Assembly: GCA_050633245.1 (NCBI GenBank) | Contig: JBOEGD010000012.1 | Coordinates: forward strand, 131,059-195,058 | Reading direction: 5' to 3' | Source of the DNA: Calditrichia bacterium | GTDB lineage: Bacteria; Calditrichota; Calditrichia; RBG-13-44-9; J075 | Length of the DNA: 64,000 nt | Shown: piece by piece, positions 20,164-30,004 of the stretch | Numbering within the stretch: position 1 is the first letter of the stretch | Layout of the letters: every line of letters begins with the position of its first letter | Translations under genes and position numbers: made by a program | Notes under the pieces: generated by a model | What the model was told of the DNA's origin: nothing | The model's input: the letters and a program-made list of their open reading frames with translations, nothing else | Databases searched by the model: none

Positions 20164-20496
20164 CCTTTTGAGTATGTAGCTTCCTCTTAATGATCAGAGT
20201 CCAGCATGTGTTGGTCGTATTCGTATTCGTTCCGTGGTCGTAGTATCCGTAGCGCTTCCAATAGTAAATTCCGTATTCAAACGACTCCTATCATCTATTC
20301 TTCCGACAGCCTCCAAACTGCGAGCGGTGGTATTTACCGCATCCTCCATTATTTAAAAGCGGTAGTACAATAGTAAATCTTTAGCTATTTTTTTTTAGTG
20401 AACCTCGAAGATGATTCGCGTCACCCAACAGAATGCGATTCTCGTGCTTTGATTGATTCTCGACCGACCAGAACACAAATCACAACTCCATTTTTA

Positions 20497-21591
20497 TCAG
20501 ACACTTGGAATACCGTAGAGAATCAACTTTGCAATCATCTTCATATTGGCATTTTTCAGATCTGTAGGCACTGTTTGGCCAGTTGTGATATAAGAAACAG
20601 GTAGCTGAAAGCGGTAAATCAGATTCAGCATTACGCCGGGGGTAGTCGATTCGTCCAATTTTGTAAAGATAAAACGGTTTGGTTCAAGTTCAGCAAAACG
20701 CGAGGCCACATCAAAAAGCGTGCGTCTACTGTTGGTAAGACTAAGTACCAGATGTTTTTCGTGGGGATCTGCTGCTGTTAAAAATTGCTTGAGTTCATGT
20801 AGTTGACGTTGGTTTTTCTGACTTCTTCCAACCGTGTCAATCAGTATAAAATCGTAGTCTTTATAACGTGCAACTTCCTGCTCCATTTCAGTCGGACTGT
20901 AAACCACGCTAAGTGGAATTCCGGCAATATTGGCAAAGGTTTGAAGTTGTTCAATTGCTGCAATTCTAAATGTATCTGCCGTTATCAGAGCTACTTTACG
21001 GCCGTGGGTGAGCTTCAAATTTGCTGCTATTTTCGCCAGTGTGGTGGTTTTTCCGACACCTGTCGGGCCAATCAATGCTACGCGATGAGCAGGTGATGTT
21101 ACCGATTCTATTCTCGGAGCCTGCTTAATTAGCTGAAGAACCAGTAAAGCAACCCGCTTTTCCATCAGACGACGATCCTGGCTTTCTGAAGGCTGCGTTT
21201 GACTATACACCGCATCGATGACTGCCTTGGCAAGCCCTTCATGAACTTCGTTGTTGCATAGACGTTTCTGAACCTGGCGAAACATTTCAGGTAGATAATG
21301 ATCCTGCTTCCCCTGCACCGAGGCCATCACTTCATGAAGCGTCTTTTTCAGTCCTTGAACTTCAGCCTCAAGCAGACGAATTCTCTCCGGTTTAGCCACC
21401 GCAACCTCAGCCGGCGCTTCAGGAGCAGCGACAGTCGCAGTTTCGAGGGCGGCAATAGAAGGATTACGAGTAACCGTTATTCGTTTTCCGATCGGCCTGC
21501 CATCGGAACCTCGTCGGAGATTGCGCTTGGGGGTTTCTACATGTGCAATCCGCTCGAGCGCATCACGCAAACGATCTTTAATCTGAGCCAT
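20497..21591 (-). CDS. flhF: SRP-family GTPase FlhF
   Basis: GPTGVGKTTTLAKIAA, DTFRIAAIEQL, DTVGRS, TKLDE, TTGQTVPTDL; start uncertain (21591 or 21648). Confidence 0.9.
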   Translation of the reverse strand: MAQIKDRLRDALERIAHVETPKRNLRRGSDGRPIGKRITVTRNPSIAALETATVAAPEAPAEVAVAKPERIRLLEAEVQGLKKTLHEVMASVQGKQDHYLPEMFRQVQKRLCNNEVHEGLAKAVIDAVYSQTQPSESQDRRLMEKRVALLVLQLIKQAPRIESVTSPAHRVALIGPTGVGKTTTLAKIAANLKLTHGRKVALITADTFRIAAIEQLQTFANIAGIPLSVVYSPTEMEQEVARYKDYDFILIDTVGRSQKNQRQLHELKQFLTAADPHEKHLVLSLTNSRRTLFDVASRFAELEPNRFIFTKLDESTTPGVMLNLIYRFQLPVSYITTGQTVPTDLKNANMKMIAKLILYGIPSV

Positions 21592-21904
21592 AAGCTTATT
21601 TCCCGATCGGCGGGCAGATAACCCACGATCACTTGTTTTGTCATCCATGAGGTTTGTATCCGATAAAACGTTAATGCGGCAAAACACAATAAGCGGACGA
21701 TCCCGGTTCGCTATGGAAGTGCTGTTCCGTTGTGAGCAGACACGCCAAAGCAATCTGGTGAGATGCATACCCAGAGCCAACTCAAGCGCTCAATACACAA
21801 GTTATAGTGCGAATCGCGTAGCCGCGTGATTACAATCAAAAAAAGCCTTCAGAAGAGCTTTAGCACCAGAGGAAATGGTTTGGAATGATTTTGCTCAGCA
21901 ATCT

Positions 21905-22309
21905 CTAATCGACAATGAACGTTAAAAAGAATAGCTGAAGAAGATGTCGATCGGGAAGCCTTGTCATAAAAATGTCCTCAACCCTTTTGCGGAACAAAAG
22001 ACGTCCGTCGGATTTTTGCAATGAGCCATACCCCTGCTTCTGTGCTGCTTTCATTATCGCATGTCGAATACCTGCCTCTTCCGCCCGTAAACTATCGCTA
22101 TCGGATCGATCTTTTAATGAGAGTCCTATCGTTAGAGTTAAGTAGACCCTCGCCTCGCCATGCGATAGATTTGCCATAATGCTTTTGAATTCCAGATAGT
22201 GTCCCGGTTCAAGCTGATCTTCGACTTCCCCTTTTGAAGAGAAAGGCATTAATATCAAAGCGCCGTAGACAAGGAAAATGATTCTGCAAAAAACAATATT
22301 TCTTTTCAT
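21905..22309 (-). CDS. fliL: FliL-like protein
   Basis: One N-terminal TM; IMANL..YL, IRHAI, GRLLFR and LFFLTFIVD end typical of FliL; GGAGG RBS before ATG 22309. Confidence 0.7.
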   Translation of the reverse strand: MKRNIVFCRIIFLVYGALILMPFSSKGEVEDQLEPGHYLEFKSIMANLSHGEARVYLTLTIGLSLKDRSDSDSLRAEEAGIRHAIMKAAQKQGYGSLQKSDGRLLFRKRVEDIFMTRLPDRHLLQLFFLTFIVD

Positions 22310-22634
22310 CCTTCCTCCATGAAAGATGCTGCTCAATAAATAGTGATGTATAAAGAGTACAGTAATATGGCCATCCCGACCAACCTGCATGAATTGCAAG
22401 ACAAGTGCCAATCTCCGCTGAACCAAAAATCATCAGTCTATTGTTAAAATTTCACTAATTAGAGGGGATTCCTTCGAAAAGTGTTGAAATCCCAGACGCA
22501 TTGAGTCGAAAATCCCAACACATATTTTCGAGCTGTTTCTTTAAGCGACGGTTGGATTCGAAGTAAAAGCGCATTACATTTGAAGCCTTTGTCAGTGCGC
22601 CCTAAATCCAAAATAATGACGCCTTTTAGATATT

Positions 22635-25600
22635 ATGTTAAAGCTGAAATCACTCCTCTACGAATTTCCCCAGTTTAAGAAATTCGAAAAAGCGCTTGAA
22701 GCAAACAACAACTTCGACGTGAAGGCGATCTACGGGTCCGCGCTGCCTTTTATAATCAACTACATTCGCGAGACAACTGAACGCGCGCAGTGCATTATTA
22801 TGCCCGGTGGAGAAGCGGCAGAGAAACTCTGCGATGATCTGCGCTCATTTATGCCGGAAAATCAGTTCGCTTACTTCCCGTCGGACGAGATTCTACCGTT
22901 TGATAAGGGACTGTTTACACCGGCGCTCTACAGCCAACGCATGCATGCTTTAGCGACTGCCGTCGAGAGTCCCTCCAACATTTTGATTACGACTCCACAG
23001 GCACTTCTGCGAAAGGTGCCGCAACCGGGTACATTTAAAGACAATATTCTTCATCTGAAAAAAGGTGAGACCTTCGAACGCGAATTTCTACTTGAATGGC
23101 TGGTAGACAGCGAATACGAACGCGTAGATATAATTGAGGAGATAGGCCAATTCAGCGCACGCGGTGGAATTGTAGATGTCTTTTCTTTCGAATCGGACGT
23201 GCCCTATCGTATTGAGTATTTTGATGACACGATTGAATCCATTCGGGAATTTGATATTCTCTCTCAGCTATCCATTCAGCAGCTAGAGAAAACGCGCCTG
23301 CTCGGTAAATCTGGTGAGGCGGCCGAAACCGCCAGCATTTTTGAGTTCCTCCCAAAAAACAGCATCGTTTGGTGGGAAGATGAAACCCGCATCAAGCTGC
23401 AGTTCGAAAAGTGGTGGGAAGATGCAGAGGGTCGCTTCGACAGCCTGGAAGAAAAACCGGTACAGTCGCTCGATGAACGCTATGTAACAATCGCAGAAAC
23501 CGAGAAGTTCTGTTCCGGGTTTCTACAGGTAAACCACGTGCATCTGGAGAGCAAGGAATCTGCCATTGCATTTCATACCCAACCACCGGCGGCATTCCAT
23601 GGTAATATGAAGCTTTTTGTAGAACACCTGCAGCGTCATTCCAAGAAGCGTACTATGTATGTGCTCCACGATGGCAAGAATTCTCGCAAGCGTCTGGAAG
23701 AAATTCTGGAAGCAGAGATGGGGAGTATGCCGCCGTTGAAATTTATCGACGGCGAACTGCACAGCGGCTTCTTTATGCCGGACAGTAATATTGAAATCTT
23801 TACTGATCATGAGATTTTTAATCGGCTTCGTATGCGCAGGAGAAAGCGCAAAATACGGGTTTCCGGTAGCCTCATACGCAACCTGCAAACCCTGGAATAC
23901 GGCGATTATGTTGTTCATATTGACTATGGCGTCGGTAAATACAGCGGTACTGAACGAATTCGCATAGCCGGCATGGAAAAAGAATGTATCAAGCTACTCT
24001 ATGAAAATGATGACATTCTCTATGTCCGCTTAGATAAGCTAAATCGCATCCAGCGCTACGTCAGCGAGGAAGGCTTTGCCATAAAGCTAACCAAGCTCGG
24101 TAGCAGTGAATGGGATCGCGTGAAAAAGCGCACCCGCAAAGCCGTTGAGAATGTCGCCAGAGAGCTTGTTGAATTATATGCCAAGCGCATGACGCAAAAA
24201 GGCCACGCCTACCAACCCGATACGCTGTGGCAAAAAGAGTTAGAAGCCTCCTTTCCCTTTGAGGACACCGTAGATCAGGCACGCGCTACCAGCGACGTAA
24301 AAGGCGATATGGAGGGATCAAAGTCGATGGATCGGCTGGTTTGTGGTGATGTGGGCTATGGCAAGACCGAGGTTGCGGTTCGCGCTGCTTTTAAAGCGGT
24401 CATCGACGGTAAGCAGGTCGGCGTTCTCGTTCCAACTACCATTCTGGCACAGCAGCACTATCGCACCTTCAGCGAACGCGTTGCGAATTTCCCGGTAAAT
24501 GTTGAGGTGGTTTCGCGCTTTCGCACTCGAGCTGAAGTAAAAGAGACGTTAAAAAAACTGGCCGAAGGCGAAGTAGACATTATTATTGGCACGCATCGCC
24601 TGCTCTCAAAAGACGTTATATTTAAAGAGCTCGGTCTGTTGATTGTTGATGAAGAACAGCGATTCGGCGTCACCCACAAGGAACGCCTGAAAGAACTAAA
24701 GGTCAATGTCGATACATTGACGCTTACCGCAACGCCGATTCCGCGCACGCTTCACATGGCTCTGATGGGCGCACGCGACCTCTCCATTGTAGATACGCCG
24801 CCGGGAAACCGCCTGCCGATTCTAACCGAAATCAGCACCTGGGACGATCAGCTTTTGTACAAGGCCATCACCTATGAAATGGATCGTGGTGGACAGATCT
24901 TCTTTGTGCACAATCGCGTGCAAACTATCGATGCAATGGCTGATATGCTCCGCCGCCTTGTTCCAAAGGCACGATTTGGCGTGGCGCATGGTCAAATGCC
25001 CGAGCAAACGCTCGAAAAAATCATGTTCGATTTCAACAACAAGGAATTTGACGTCCTGGTTTCAACCATGATCATAGAAAATGGCGTTGATATTCCCAAC
25101 TGCAATACCATCGTTGTCAATCGCGCAGACCGCTTTGGCCTTGCCCAACTATATCAGCTACGTGGACGCGTCGGACGCTCAGATCGCCAGGCCTATGCCT
25201 ACATGATTATCCCTCCGCAGGGAAGACTCAGTGATCTGGCTCTAAAGCGCCTGTATGCAATTGAGGAATTTGCAGATCTGGGCTCCGGTCTTAAAATTGC
25301 CATGCGTGATTTGGAAATCCGCGGTGCCGGAAATCTGCTTGGGCACAAGCAAAGCGGCTTTATTAATGCGGTTGGTTACGATCTATATCAAAAGATTTTA
25401 CAAGAGACTATTGAGAGCATGCAGCAGGAAACCCTGCCGGAACAGCTGATTATCGACCGCATGCCTGTGGTTGATGCTTCCGTAGAGATCGACGCAGAAC
25501 TTTATTTCCCCGATGACTATATTACAGCGCCTAATGAGAAAGTCATTATATATCATCGTCTGCTGAATCTCGAAAACGTCAATTTAATAGATGATGTAGT

Positions 25601-25919
25601 CAGTGAACTCAAGGACCGCTTCGGGCCACTTCCGGAACCGGCACTCAAATTGATTGAAATGGTAAAGATTAAAAAACTCGCCTCTAAACTCTATGTTAAA
25701 CAGGCAAAGATAAAGCGCCACCAAATGACGCTCACCTTCGATGAAAAGATTACCAGCAAAGATACCTTTGTTGAAAAAGAGCTCCCCCGCTATATAAATC
25801 AAACTGAAGCCCACCTGAAATTTGTACAAACGGACAAGCTGAAAGTGGTTGTCGACCTAAAGGGCAGCACTCAATTGGACAAGATCAGCTTTGCAAAATA
25901 CTTCTTGCTAAATTTATAG
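22635..25919 (+). CDS. mfd: Transcription-repair coupling factor
   Basis: RGGIVDVF, VVHIDYGVG, CGDVGYGKTEVA, DEEQRFG, TATPIPRTL, QLRGRVGR, DLEIRGAGNLLG. Confidence 0.97.
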   Translation: MLKLKSLLYEFPQFKKFEKALEANNNFDVKAIYGSALPFIINYIRETTERAQCIIMPGGEAAEKLCDDLRSFMPENQFAYFPSDEILPFDKGLFTPALYSQRMHALATAVESPSNILITTPQALLRKVPQPGTFKDNILHLKKGETFEREFLLEWLVDSEYERVDIIEEIGQFSARGGIVDVFSFESDVPYRIEYFDDTIESIREFDILSQLSIQQLEKTRLLGKSGEAAETASIFEFLPKNSIVWWEDETRIKLQFEKWWEDAEGRFDSLEEKPVQSLDERYVTIAETEKFCSGFLQVNHVHLESKESAIAFHTQPPAAFHGNMKLFVEHLQRHSKKRTMYVLHDGKNSRKRLEEILEAEMGSMPPLKFIDGELHSGFFMPDSNIEIFTDHEIFNRLRMRRRKRKIRVSGSLIRNLQTLEYGDYVVHIDYGVGKYSGTERIRIAGMEKECIKLLYENDDILYVRLDKLNRIQRYVSEEGFAIKLTKLGSSEWDRVKKRTRKAVENVARELVELYAKRMTQKGHAYQPDTLWQKELEASFPFEDTVDQARATSDVKGDMEGSKSMDRLVCGDVGYGKTEVAVRAAFKAVIDGKQVGVLVPTTILAQQHYRTFSERVANFPVNVEVVSRFRTRAEVKETLKKLAEGEVDIIIGTHRLLSKDVIFKELGLLIVDEEQRFGVTHKERLKELKVNVDTLTLTATPIPRTLHMALMGARDLSIVDTPPGNRLPILTEISTWDDQLLYKAITYEMDRGGQIFFVHNRVQTIDAMADMLRRLVPKARFGVAHGQMPEQTLEKIMFDFNNKEFDVLVSTMIIENGVDIPNCNTIVVNRADRFGLAQLYQLRGRVGRSDRQAYAYMIIPPQGRLSDLALKRLYAIEEFADLGSGLKIAMRDLEIRGAGNLLGHKQSGFINAVGYDLYQKILQETIESMQQETLPEQLIIDRMPVVDASVEIDAELYFPDDYITAPNEKVIIYHRLLNLENVNLIDDVVSELKDRFGPLPEPALKLIEMVKIKKLASKLYVKQAKIKRHQMTLTFDEKITSKDTFVEKELPRYINQTEAHLKFVQTDKLKVVVDLKGSTQLDKISFAKYFLLNL

Positions 25920-26050
25920 TCCCGGCCTAATTTTCACTCTTGAACAAAAACGGCTCTAACACCGTTAAAAAGCTGTTTTATAGACGATTTTTTTGTCTGC
26001 CTCTATTTGGCAGAAAACGAACCATATTATGTGATGTACTGGAGGATTTC

Positions 26051-27754
26051 ATGAGACGTCTTGCTCTATTAACTATTCTGCCTATTGGTCTGATTCTGTT
26101 TACGCAGTGTGGACTCGATAGCAGCACTGCCGCTCGCGTTGGAAACGATATTGTAACCACTGACGAACTGGTCGAGCAAATAAAAACCGATTACCGCGCA
26201 TTTAAGCTTCCGCAGATCACCCTTGAACAAAAATACGAGTCACTTGAAAAGCTCGTCGATATTCGTCGTAAAGCCATTTGTGCTGAAAAGATGGGACTGG
26301 CTTCCGATCCTGAATACACAACTCCCCGTGAGAAAAACGATAACCGACTCATCGCCTTTGGTCTTTATCAAGATCAGATTATCGACAAGCTGATGCCGGA
26401 AAGCCTGATTCGCGAATACTATAACTGGGAGAAGAATAAAGTTCACGCAGTAAGTGTGGTCGTCGGTTATAAAGGCGCTGAAATCTATAATAATGATCGC
26501 AGTGAAGAAGACGCCAAAATACGTTGCGCAGAAATAGTCGAGAAACTGCGGAGTTCCGAGAAACCTGCCGAAGTTGGGCAGTCTTACACGGATGACGCTC
26601 GCAATACTGTTGAATTGAACCCTTATTATGTTGGCAAATTCACTCCCGAGGTCGATCGCGCTGTTTATACCGCTCGCACCGGAGACGTAGTCGGCCCGAT
26701 TAAAACCAAGCGCGGTATGATCATACTGAAGATTACCGGAGTGACCGAGCAAAAAGTTGAGATTGATTTTGCAGAAGCAAAGCCGCGTATTGAGCGTGCT
26801 GTTCGTCGCTATTTTACCAGCCAGGAAAAAGAAATGTTCGACGAGCTTTCCGAGAAATATCGCGAGAAGTTCAGCATATCCGTTGATGCAGAGAACCTCC
26901 CTGCCTTCTATAATCAGGTTAAGGAATGGGGTCAGCAACCGACCACAACGCTGGAAACCCTTAAAGAAAAAGCTGGCGATATTGTTCTCGGACATGATGT
27001 TAACAAACCGTTTTTGGGCAGTTCATTTTTGACTATTTACGGTGAGCAGCTGAAGCGTACACAGCGGAAGTTCCGCTCGTGGGAAGACATTCAAAACATT
27101 ATCCATTCGCAGCTTACGATGAATGCATGGGCCGCTGAAGGGCGGAGTCAGGGAATCGACAATGAAGCTGATGTTAGCAAAGAAATGGACAAATTTCGCC
27201 TGAATTCGCTGGGGCAAATTTTACTTAAGCGCGAGGTAGACGATAAAATCGATCTTACCGCTGAAAGTATAAAAAATCATTATGAAGAGAATGTAGAGCG
27301 TTATAAGGTACCGGAAAAAATGCGCGTTTATCAGCTCAGCATCAATGATAAAGCCATTGCAGAACGTGCTGCTCGCGAATTGCGCCGCAATCCGGATTTC
27401 CAAAAGACGTTTAATAAGTATAAAAGCAAGTACGCCGGCAAGTCCGTCAACTACACCGCCGGGTTTCAAACGCGCAATTCTCCTAATAAGAAGATTGTAA
27501 AAATTGCTTTCGATGCCGGTAACGATAAAGTTCTCGATCCAATTGAGCATGACGGGACGTTTATGATTATTGGTACGAGTGACTATCAGGCAGAGGTTAC
27601 ACGCTCGCTGGAGGAAGTGGAAAACACGATCCGATCCGAGTTATTTAATTCACTTCGCGAAGCAAAGATTCAAGAACTGACTCAAAAGCTTCGTGAAGAG
27701 ATTAGCTACAAGGCAAACGATGATGCCATCAGACGCATCGGAAAGAATTCGTGA
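26051..27754 (+). CDS. PpiC/parvulin-type PPIase lipoprotein (SurA/PrsA-like, two rotamase domains)
   Basis: GGAGG RBS and ATG 26051; lipobox-like FTQC; VVGPIKTKRG; parvulin-like segments. Confidence 0.78.
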   Translation: MRRLALLTILPIGLILFTQCGLDSSTAARVGNDIVTTDELVEQIKTDYRAFKLPQITLEQKYESLEKLVDIRRKAICAEKMGLASDPEYTTPREKNDNRLIAFGLYQDQIIDKLMPESLIREYYNWEKNKVHAVSVVVGYKGAEIYNNDRSEEDAKIRCAEIVEKLRSSEKPAEVGQSYTDDARNTVELNPYYVGKFTPEVDRAVYTARTGDVVGPIKTKRGMIILKITGVTEQKVEIDFAEAKPRIERAVRRYFTSQEKEMFDELSEKYREKFSISVDAENLPAFYNQVKEWGQQPTTTLETLKEKAGDIVLGHDVNKPFLGSSFLTIYGEQLKRTQRKFRSWEDIQNIIHSQLTMNAWAAEGRSQGIDNEADVSKEMDKFRLNSLGQILLKREVDDKIDLTAESIKNHYEENVERYKVPEKMRVYQLSINDKAIAERAARELRRNPDFQKTFNKYKSKYAGKSVNYTAGFQTRNSPNKKIVKIAFDAGNDKVLDPIEHDGTFMIIGTSDYQAEVTRSLEEVENTIRSELFNSLREAKIQELTQKLREEISYKANDDAIRRIGKNS

Positions 27755-27755
27755 C

Positions 27756-28592
27756 ATGTCTCTGAAAAATACGCTGCTATTTTTTTTGCTCACGGTTTTA
27801 CTGAGTAGCTGTTTAAACAGCAATCAGCAAAACACAAATCTTATTGCCCGCGTTGGTGAAGAAGAGCTTACGCGCGAGATACTATTGCCTCTTATTCCCA
27901 AGGATATCAGCAAAGAAGATCGCGAGTTCTTTGTAAAACAACTCGTCGAAAGTTGGATCGAGAATCAACTTTTGGTTCAGCAAGCCAGAGAAGACGGGTT
28001 TCAACTCTCCACCAAAGAAAAGTGGCAGGTTAATAAGTTAAAAAAAGAACTGTTGGCAACTCAGTTTCTGCAAAACCGTCTACAAAACAGTTTCCAGATA
28101 CCTGATGATGAAATCCTCAGTTTTTATGAGAAGAATAAAGATCACTATAGGCGTTCGCAGAATGAAGTACATTTGCAACATCTGTTTTTCGAGAAGCTCG
28201 ATAAAGCGATTGTCGATGAGATTAAGCAATCCGGCTCACTGGCTCAGGTAATTGAGAAAAATAATTATCTCGGTCAAAAGAACGATGTTATTTTGGAAGC
28301 CAACGGTGATCTGGGCTTTCTGGCGATTTCGGAGCTGCGGTCTGAATTTCGCAAAGCAATTGAGAAGAACAAAAAAAGCGGTATCTTCGGCCCGATCAAA
28401 ACGCGGGATGGTCATCACTATCTTCAAGTAATCAGCCGTAAAGAAAAAGGTAGCGTGCGCGACGTGGAACTGGTAAAAGGTGAAATCATCGCTCATTTGC
28501 GAATGCAAAAGCGTCAAGAAAGTATTAAGCGACTCAGGGAAGAGCTGCAAAAAAAATATCCGGTTGAAACTTTTTACGATAACGTTCTATAA
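27756..28592 (+). CDS. Parvulin-type PPIase lipoprotein
   Basis: Lipobox LLSSC; IARVGEEELT; NGDLGF; FGPIKTRDGHH. Confidence 0.8.
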   Translation: MSLKNTLLFFLLTVLLSSCLNSNQQNTNLIARVGEEELTREILLPLIPKDISKEDREFFVKQLVESWIENQLLVQQAREDGFQLSTKEKWQVNKLKKELLATQFLQNRLQNSFQIPDDEILSFYEKNKDHYRRSQNEVHLQHLFFEKLDKAIVDEIKQSGSLAQVIEKNNYLGQKNDVILEANGDLGFLAISELRSEFRKAIEKNKKSGIFGPIKTRDGHHYLQVISRKEKGSVRDVELVKGEIIAHLRMQKRQESIKRLREELQKKYPVETFYDNVL

Positions 28593-28629
28593 AAGAAGAC
28601 AGATGTTAGCAAAAAGGATAGATTTGAAA

Positions 28630-29919
28630 ATGAAACAACTTCTTAAAGCAATACTATGCAGTCTGCTGATAGCAACACCCTTGTTATCTCAGCAAGTTAT
28701 TGATCAAATTGCCGCAGTGGTCGGCAATGAGATTATTCTGGAATCTGAAATCGCGACGCTGGTTACGCAATACGTGATTCAAAGCCGCCAGAGCGATATC
28801 TATACTCAGCCGGAGAAGCTACGTGCGTTACAGAAGCAGTTTTTGCAGCGCATGGTAGATGAGAAGATGCTCCTGATTAAAGCGGAAGAAGATACCATTA
28901 CCGCCGATGAAGGACGCGTCGACCAAATGCTCGCCCAGCAGCTGTCAGCCATGGTTCAACAGGCTGGCTCAGAACAAAAGCTGATCGATTATTATGGTGC
29001 CCCCATCGCCCTGATAAAGAGAGACTTTCGCAAGCAGGTCGAAAATCGACTTATCATCGACCAGCTTCGCCAGCAGCGCTTTGCCTCGGTAAAGATTAGC
29101 CGGCGCGAAGTGGAGAACTTCTTTAAACAGTTCCGAGACAGCCTGCCCAAGTTCGAGGCATCGGTAAACATTTCGCACATTCTGAAACAGATTGCCCCAA
29201 GTGAAGAAAGCACTTCGGCAGCATTCGAAAAGATTTCTGCGATTAAGAAGCAGCTTGATGAGGGAATCGACTTTACGACTCTTGCCAAGGCAAATTCGGA
29301 AGATCCCAGTGCTGCAGTTAATGGTGGTGATCTTGGCTGGTTGAATCGCGGAGATCTGGTAAAGGAATTTGAGGAAGTTGCATTTGCTCTCGAGAAAGAA
29401 CAAATCTCTGAAATCGTACAGACACAGTTTGGTTTCCACGTCATGCAGCTTATTGATCGCCAGGGAGATCGTATTAATGTGCAGCATATTCTAATTCGCC
29501 TTCAGCCCGAAGAAGCAGATAAAGAACGCACCAAAACAGCTCTTGCCGAGATTCGCGAAAAGATTCTTTCCGAAGAAGCGGCATTCGAGGACATGGCGCT
29601 GGAACATTCGGATGATCCAAATGTTCAGGAAGACAAGGGTCTGCTGGGTGAATTTGCCATCGGGAATTTTCAAATCCCCGCATTTGAAGCAGCCATTACG
29701 CCACTCGCAGAAAACGAAATTTCCGAACCTTTTGAAACTGATTTTGGATTTCACATTTTGAGAGTAAACAAGCGCAACACAGAGCGTATTTTATCGCTGG
29801 AAAAAGACTGGCAACAGGTTGAGCGCTATGCGGTTGAATATAAAGGAAGCCAGGCGTTCGAGAAATGGCTAAGCACGCTGCGCGATGAAATTCCCATTGA
29901 TATGAAATTGGATATATAA
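28630..29919 (+). CDS. surA: SurA-like periplasmic chaperone/PPIase
   Basis: IDQIAAVVGNEIILESE; SHIL; SEDP..GGDLG; TQFGFH; second parvulin domain ETDFGFHI. Confidence 0.88.
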   Translation: MKQLLKAILCSLLIATPLLSQQVIDQIAAVVGNEIILESEIATLVTQYVIQSRQSDIYTQPEKLRALQKQFLQRMVDEKMLLIKAEEDTITADEGRVDQMLAQQLSAMVQQAGSEQKLIDYYGAPIALIKRDFRKQVENRLIIDQLRQQRFASVKISRREVENFFKQFRDSLPKFEASVNISHILKQIAPSEESTSAAFEKISAIKKQLDEGIDFTTLAKANSEDPSAAVNGGDLGWLNRGDLVKEFEEVAFALEKEQISEIVQTQFGFHVMQLIDRQGDRINVQHILIRLQPEEADKERTKTALAEIREKILSEEAAFEDMALEHSDDPNVQEDKGLLGEFAIGNFQIPAFEAAITPLAENEISEPFETDFGFHILRVNKRNTERILSLEKDWQQVERYAVEYKGSQAFEKWLSTLRDEIPIDMKLDI

Positions 29920-29926
29920 TTTTATT

Positions 29927-29959
29927 AAGGCGCGGAAGTAACTTCTGCGCCTTTTTTTT
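29927..29959 (+). terminator. Rho-independent terminator
   Basis: AAGGCGCGGAAG-TAA-CTTCTGCGCCTT followed by a T-run just after surA. Confidence 0.85.
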
Positions 29960-30004
29960 CATCAAACTCTTCGAATACGAAACTCCACAATAGAGACAGG
30001 CCCC

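Noticed and set aside
20194-20349. 51-codon minus-strand ORF between flhF and the small TM gene as an flhG remnant
   Set aside because: No deviant Walker A or other MinD/FlhG motif seen
18990-20400. Additional sigma-28 promoters upstream of the GAF kinase and the small TM gene
   Set aside because: TAAAG-type -35 boxes are present, but -10 matches are weak or wrongly spaced
26240-29754. Long antisense ORFs over the PPIase genes (and similar shadow ORFs elsewhere)
   Set aside because: Fully overlap well-supported genes and carry no recognisable motifs
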